Part shown: in pieces, positions 61,103-64,000 of the stretch
How positions within the stretch are numbered: the stretch's first letter is position 1
Layout: the number at the start of each line of letters is the position of its first letter
Assembly (NCBI GenBank): GCA_963748625.1
Contig: CAVVJT010000010.1
Coordinates: forward strand, 1,341,631-1,405,630
DNA from: an uncultured Chloroflexia bacterium
Lineage (GTDB): Bacteria; Chloroflexota; Limnocylindria; Limnocylindrales; CSP1-4
Direction: 5' to 3'
Length of the DNA: 64,000 bases
Position numbers and translations under genes: made by a program
Notes under the pieces: generated by a model
The model's input: the letters and a program-made list of their open reading frames with translations, nothing else
What the model was told of the DNA's origin: nothing
Database searches by the model: none

Positions 61103-61580
61103 CCTCTCCTCCAGAGATGCGGACGCCGGCCGGGGCACAACGGAGAGCGGCGGCACGCTGTCGCGGTGGCAGCCCGACGGGGGTCAGTGCAGCCTACTCG
61201 CACCTGTGGCCGAGCGTCCGATCAAGGCAACGCGGGATCGGTCCCGCCAGTGGCTCCGCGTGGTCCCGGCGGCCGTGTTTGGGCCACGCGTCAGCGCCTC
61301 CCGTGATCGCTCGAGGTTGCCCCCTGCGACATGGCAGAGGCCAGAGCGCAATGGCTGCCCAATGGCAGCCGTCCGGACCTCCACGTGGGTGGTCCTACCG
61401 TTGCCCGGGTTGCTGGCGGCGGCCCCGATGTGACGGGCATCGATCCGGTCCGTTCGCCTCTATCGATGGCCACGTGACCGACGCAGGCTCGCCGTGTCGT
61501 GGGGCCCGGCCACTTCGGCCGGTGCCGCACGCATGGGGAGGGGCGCGTGCGCGCTTCATCCCAACGGGAGGCGGATCGCC

Positions 61581-62843
61581 ATGTACCGGACACTCCGGAC
61601 ACTCCTGGCACTCGCGGGCGCGGCGCTGCTCGCCATCGGATCGCCGACCGCCGCCGCAGCGGCCTCACCGCCCGGAGGCACCCACGATGGCTCCTCGGGG
61701 CCGGGATCCCAATACGCCTGCTACGCCAACGGCTGGGCGGTGGATCCCGACGACACCAACGCCGTGGTCACCGTGCGGGTCCTGGTCGATGACGTCGAGG
61801 TCGACCGGCTCCCGGCAGACCAGTTCCGCCAGGACCTCCTGGACGCGAAGGTCAGCCCCACCGGCAACGCCGGCTTCTGGCTCAACCTCTGGGGCATCGT
61901 CACCCCCGACGTCGACCACGTCGTGCGCGTGGAGGCGCTGGACGTCGGGACGATCGATGCCTGGACCCCGCTCAACGAGACCCCCCGGACGATCCGCTGC
62001 CACGAGTACGGCTGGTTCGACTTCGACCTGTTCTGGGTCGATCCGGCCACCGGCGCCGTGAAGCAGCTGACCAACACGCCCGGGATCAGCGAATGGAACC
62101 CGGAGGCCGCCCCTACGGGCTCGCGAATCGTCTACGAACGCACCCGCCCGAGCGGAGTGGCGCTCGCGATCATGAATACCGCCACGGGCACGACCCGCGT
62201 GGTCAAGGGCACCAGCGGCGGCAACAACGGCACCTGGACGCCGGACGGCAAGCGGATCGTGTTCGACCGGGGCCCCTCGGGCGACCCGTCGCTGTACATC
62301 GTCTCCGCTGCAGGCGGCACGCGCCGCCTGATCTCGCACAACGCCGTTGAGGCCGACGTGTCCGCGGCGAACGGGCGCGTCGTCTTCCTGAACCCATCGA
62401 CCAGCCGCATCATCGCCAGCAATCAGCGCGGCGCCAGCCGGCAGGTCGTCGTGACCCTGCGGCACAAGGTGAGCCCGAATGCCACGTGGTTCGACGTGAG
62501 CCCCGAGTGGTCGCCCAATGGCCGCTGGATCGTGTACGCGGACGGCGCCGACATCTGGAAGGTGCGCGTGTCGCCGATTGGTGCGCGGCTGGCGCGCCCA
62601 GTCAAGGTCATCGGTCGAGCGTCGGCGACGGAGAACCTGCCGACCTGGTCGCGTGACGGGACCCGCATCATCTACCAGGCGAACTACCTCGGCGACATGG
62701 ACCTCTGGTCGGTCCCGGCGTCCGGCGGCACACCGACGCTGCTCACGCCCACGACCGGGATCAGCGGGTTCGGCGACTACAACGGCTCGCAGCGCGCCGG
62801 AGGACGCGTGATCTACTCGTCGCAGGCGCCAGCGGGCAACTGA
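61581..62843 (+). CDS. Secreted TolB-like/PD40 beta-propeller protein
   Basis: GGGAGG RBS; signal peptide; WTPDGKRIVF, WSPNGRWIVY, WSRDGTRIIY. Confidence 0.85.
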   Translation: MYRTLRTLLALAGAALLAIGSPTAAAAASPPGGTHDGSSGPGSQYACYANGWAVDPDDTNAVVTVRVLVDDVEVDRLPADQFRQDLLDAKVSPTGNAGFWLNLWGIVTPDVDHVVRVEALDVGTIDAWTPLNETPRTIRCHEYGWFDFDLFWVDPATGAVKQLTNTPGISEWNPEAAPTGSRIVYERTRPSGVALAIMNTATGTTRVVKGTSGGNNGTWTPDGKRIVFDRGPSGDPSLYIVSAAGGTRRLISHNAVEADVSAANGRVVFLNPSTSRIIASNQRGASRQVVVTLRHKVSPNATWFDVSPEWSPNGRWIVYADGADIWKVRVSPIGARLARPVKVIGRASATENLPTWSRDGTRIIYQANYLGDMDLWSVPASGGTPTLLTPTTGISGFGDYNGSQRAGGRVIYSSQAPAGN

Positions 62844-62854
62844 TCGAGCGACTG

Positions 62855-62891
62855 GGGGTGGCCGGGCACATGCATGCCGCCCGGCCACCCC
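62855..62891 (+). terminator. Hairpin after the TolB-like gene
   Basis: GGGGTGGCCGGGC-N11-GCCCGGCCACCCC. Confidence 0.6.
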
Positions 62892-63175
62892 GGGAACGCC
62901 CCGGTAGAGCAGCGGGTTCGCCGTCAGCTCGTAGTTGCCCGACGATCCCAGGCCGCTGGCGAGGTAGACGAGCGGATCGGGCTCGGGCGACGCGGCCGAT
63001 GGCGGCGGAGCAGAGCGAGGCATGCCGGTCTGAACGTGAGTGGCGCCTTCCGGCTTCTGGGCCATTGCGCATGCTCGTGCATGGCGAACGACCGCAGCGC
63101 GCGACTGCGGATCGGCCCAAGGTACTGCTGGGTCCAGCGTCCCCGCGACACCCGTCACCGCTGGAGGATGCACCG

Positions 63176-63658
63176 ATGCGCACCCGTCACCGTTCCCTGT
63201 CCGTCCTCGTCCTGGCCGCCGTCCTCGCTGGATGTGGCGGCTCCGGGGCGACAGCGGCACCCGCGGCATCCGACATGCCCGCCGCCACTGAGGCCGTCGA
63301 GGCGACGTCCGCCCCCGAGGCAACCGAAGCGGCCGAGGAGGGCGCGACCCCCGCACCCGCAGGCGACTTGGGCACGGCCACCGTCACCGTCGACGGCAAG
63401 GCGACCGACATGACGATCCACGAGTGCGGCGCTCCGTCCGCAGGCTGGCTGCGCGTCGTGGCAGGCGAGGGCGACACCTTCGTCAAGATCGTCCTGAAGT
63501 CCGATGGCGGCCGCCCCGAGATCGAGGGCAGCATCGCGGGCACCGCGTTCCTCACGAAGGACGAGACCGTCGACTGGGACGGCGGCACGACGGGCACGAT
63601 CACGAGCAGCGACTACAACAGCCCCTCGACGATCGCCATCACCTTCGCCTGCACGTAG
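63176..63658 (+). CDS. Hypothetical lipoprotein
   Basis: GGAGG RBS; LAGC lipobox; Ala/Glu linker and a two-Cys beta domain. Confidence 0.8.
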   Translation: MRTRHRSLSVLVLAAVLAGCGGSGATAAPAASDMPAATEAVEATSAPEATEAAEEGATPAPAGDLGTATVTVDGKATDMTIHECGAPSAGWLRVVAGEGDTFVKIVLKSDGGRPEIEGSIAGTAFLTKDETVDWDGGTTGTITSSDYNSPSTIAITFACT

Positions 63659-63699
63659 ACGCCGCGAGCACCTGTAAGGGGGCGAGGGCGTCCGGGCCT

Positions 63700-63903
63700 G
63701 CAAGGGAGTCCCTGGACGCGGTGATCGCCCACGGCAAGGACGAGTCCGACGTGCCCCAGCAGGTGCTCCTGCGCCAGTCTGCGATCCCGCGCCTGATGGA
63801 GCCGGACGAGGTTGCCGGGGTCGTCGTCTTCCTGTGCCCGACGCGGCCGCGAACATCAACGGCACGTCCATCCATGTCGACGAAGGCTGGACGACGCGTT
63901 GAA
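63700..63903 (+). pseudogene. C-terminal remnant of an SDR (3-hydroxybutyrate-dehydrogenase-like)
   Basis: QVLLRQSAIPRLMEPDEVAGVVVFLC...NINGTSI.VDEGWT; no N-terminus. Confidence 0.65.
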
Positions 63904-63969
63904 CCTGCTCGACGGCACCACGACCGGGGAGTCGCCGTGCACGGCAAGGGTTGCTAGAATGCGGTCCGC

Positions 63970-64000
63970 GCCGACATAGCTCAGCGGTAGAGCAGCTGTT
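63970..64000 (+). tRNA. tRNA 5' half, probably tRNA-Thr (anticodon beyond the window)
   Basis: GCCGACA-TA-GCTCAGCGGTAGAGC-A-GCTGTT acceptor and D-arm; extended -10 TGcTAGAAT at 63952-63960. Confidence 0.8.

Noticed and set aside
63672-63705. CTGTAAGG/CTGCAAGG pair resembling the Tad promoter repeat
   Set aside because: Spacing is 26 bp rather than 12, and it is not upstream of an intact gene

Overview
High-GC bacterial DNA. Gene content and style suggest Chloroflexota, possibly Limnocylindria-like, but this is inference. Many single-base frameshifts are probably long-read errors. From left to right the window holds: (1) an OmpR/HAMP-kinase two-component pair followed by four tandem three-gene Tad pseudopilin cassettes (TadE-adhesin, TadE, TadG), each preceded by a conserved tandem repeat of 12-bp period; (2) a SulP transporter; (3) an XRE-HTH/PD-(D/E)XK nuclease gene enclosed by 105-bp inverted repeats, a candidate new mobile element; (4) an FAD oxidoreductase, K+ channel and GH63 lipoprotein; (5) a ~25-kb C1/sugar locus with a formate channel, methyl-THF:corrinoid methyltransferase, AraC, two URO-D-like proteins, corrinoid protein, two P450s with a PDR/VanB reductase, divergent PanB, MetF-MetV fusion, cyclohydrolase, two LacI regulators, an inositol-type ABC transporter and TIM-barrel isomerases. 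Shared LacI (TAGAGCGCTCTA) and AraC-type operators link these genes, and the best reading is a dual aerobic/anaerobic O-demethylation pathway for a methylated sugar or inositol; (6) a PARG-like gene, HutG and gene remnants; (7) secreted/surface proteins (Tat tail-fibre-like protein, META lipoprotein, alpha-2-macroglobulin, ExeM nuclease, TolB-like protein), a degenerate RuvB-zinc ribbon protein, and the 5' part of a tRNA at the right edge.
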